A stretch of DNA of 64,000 bases from Adineta vaga (Eukaryota > Animalia > Rotifera), in NCBI GenBank assembly GCA_021613535.1, contig CP075494.1, forward strand, positions 3,844,001 through 3,908,000, in the 5' to 3' direction. A program made the translations under genes and the position numbers. The notes beneath the pieces are model-generated. The model searched no databases, was not told the origin of the DNA, and was given only the letters and a program-made list of their open reading frames with translations. Numbering within the stretch: the first letter of the stretch is position 1; every line of letters begins with the position of its first letter. Of the stretch, positions 63,101 to 64,000 are shown in pieces.

Positions 63101-64000
63101 TTTTTAAACTCTCTGCTACAATCGATAATGACTTTTCATTTTTTATTGAACATTCTAACCCATGAATTTTATCAAGAATTCTACTCTCAATGTTTTCAAT
63201 TATTTCTTTTACTTCATTATTCATCAATTTCATTTCTTCTTTAATTGCGATTAAATTCGAATAACATAAATTAAACGAATTAAAATCTGCATTAGCAGGT
63301 GTCAAGTCTTGTAAGAATTGATTCAAAAACGTTTCAATATCTGATCGAATCATATGAACTTTTTTCTCGAATGATATTACGCACGTTTGTTTAATTTTAT
63401 CGATATCAATTTTTATATGAAACTCACAAAAGACTTTTGCTTGACTTAAAATCGAAAATTTTTCATCTAATATTCGATAGAATTCATGACGTGATTTACT
63501 TAATTCTTTTGTAGCATTATTCAGAAGTTCTTGATTGATTAATTCATCTCCTAACTCGACAATTCTTTGTGATATTAATGATAACAATTCTAATGGAGAC
63601 TGTAGTTTTTCTAAACTTACGATAATACAATCGATATATGTACTTTCTTTTCTATATACCATAATCAGATTTAATTTTACTGAATAAATTATTCCATGTC
63701 GATGTCACTTGTAGAATTTTCAAAAGACGATCGATATCAACTATTTTCAACGCATCATCACGTTTTATTTGATATTTATTTGAATATTCTTTCATTTTGT
63801 TTGTCAATAGGTTGAATTTATGAATGAAATCGTCTTGAGAACATCTTCTCAATCGATCCGCGAAGATTATCAAGAAATTTCATAAATTCCATCAAATAAC
63901 AAAAGGTTTTCTGTATTTTTTCGATATTCTCCTGATTCTCGGACGATAAATGAAGATTAGAAAGACGATTGATAAAATATTGATATTTATCTTCAACTAT
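60134..64000 (-). CDS. SecA-like SF2 ATPase with C-terminal VWA domain (5'-partial; frameshifts near 61000, 63660 and ~63870)
   Basis: Walker A VGTGEGKS, IDEVD, GVTGTL, FTRMFGRGTDF and QIKGRTARQGEQGS (SecA-type motifs). VWA motifs MDATGSM, GGWENEAIE and ILIGDA. Confidence 0.8.

Noticed and set aside
1-64000. CRISPR arrays, rRNA, tRNA or autonomous transposons
   Set aside because: No repeat-spacer array, structural RNA or transposase/RT ORF was recognisable by eye.

Overview
AT-rich eukaryotic genomic DNA with short (~50-85 nt) GT-AG introns. The gene content (expanded orphan rhodopsin-like GPCRs, LDLa/EGF-GPCRs, F-box/LRR and NHL proteins, many foreign-looking genes, TGTGGG/TGAGGG telomere-like motifs) points to a bdelloid rotifer; this is an inference. 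Native animal genes: nAChR alpha subunit, MFS transporter, SLC3 heavy chain, insulin-like peptide and several GPCRs. Probable horizontally acquired genes: an isocitrate lyase-malate synthase fusion with lesions only in the MS half, a yeast-type trifunctional FOL1, a fungal-type GNAT, a bacterial-type PhyH + VOC/cupin pair, a bacterial-type C1A protease and a SecA-like ATPase-VWA gene. There are also several pseudogenes, two long foldback/MITE elements and a dispersed hairpin family. Highlights: (1) PhyH and the cupin gene are 45 bp apart, and the spacer holds AATAAA + poly-U + AG, as expected for an operon resolved by trans-splicing; (2) an animal carries an intact folate-synthesis enzyme with no CTG codon; (3) a ~1300-aa protein consists of three tandem TM-Cys-rich-TM units and may be a single-chain trimeric channel; (4) two GPCR paralogues 26 kb apart share an apparent gene-conversion tract. 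All gene structures were read by eye and no database searches were run.
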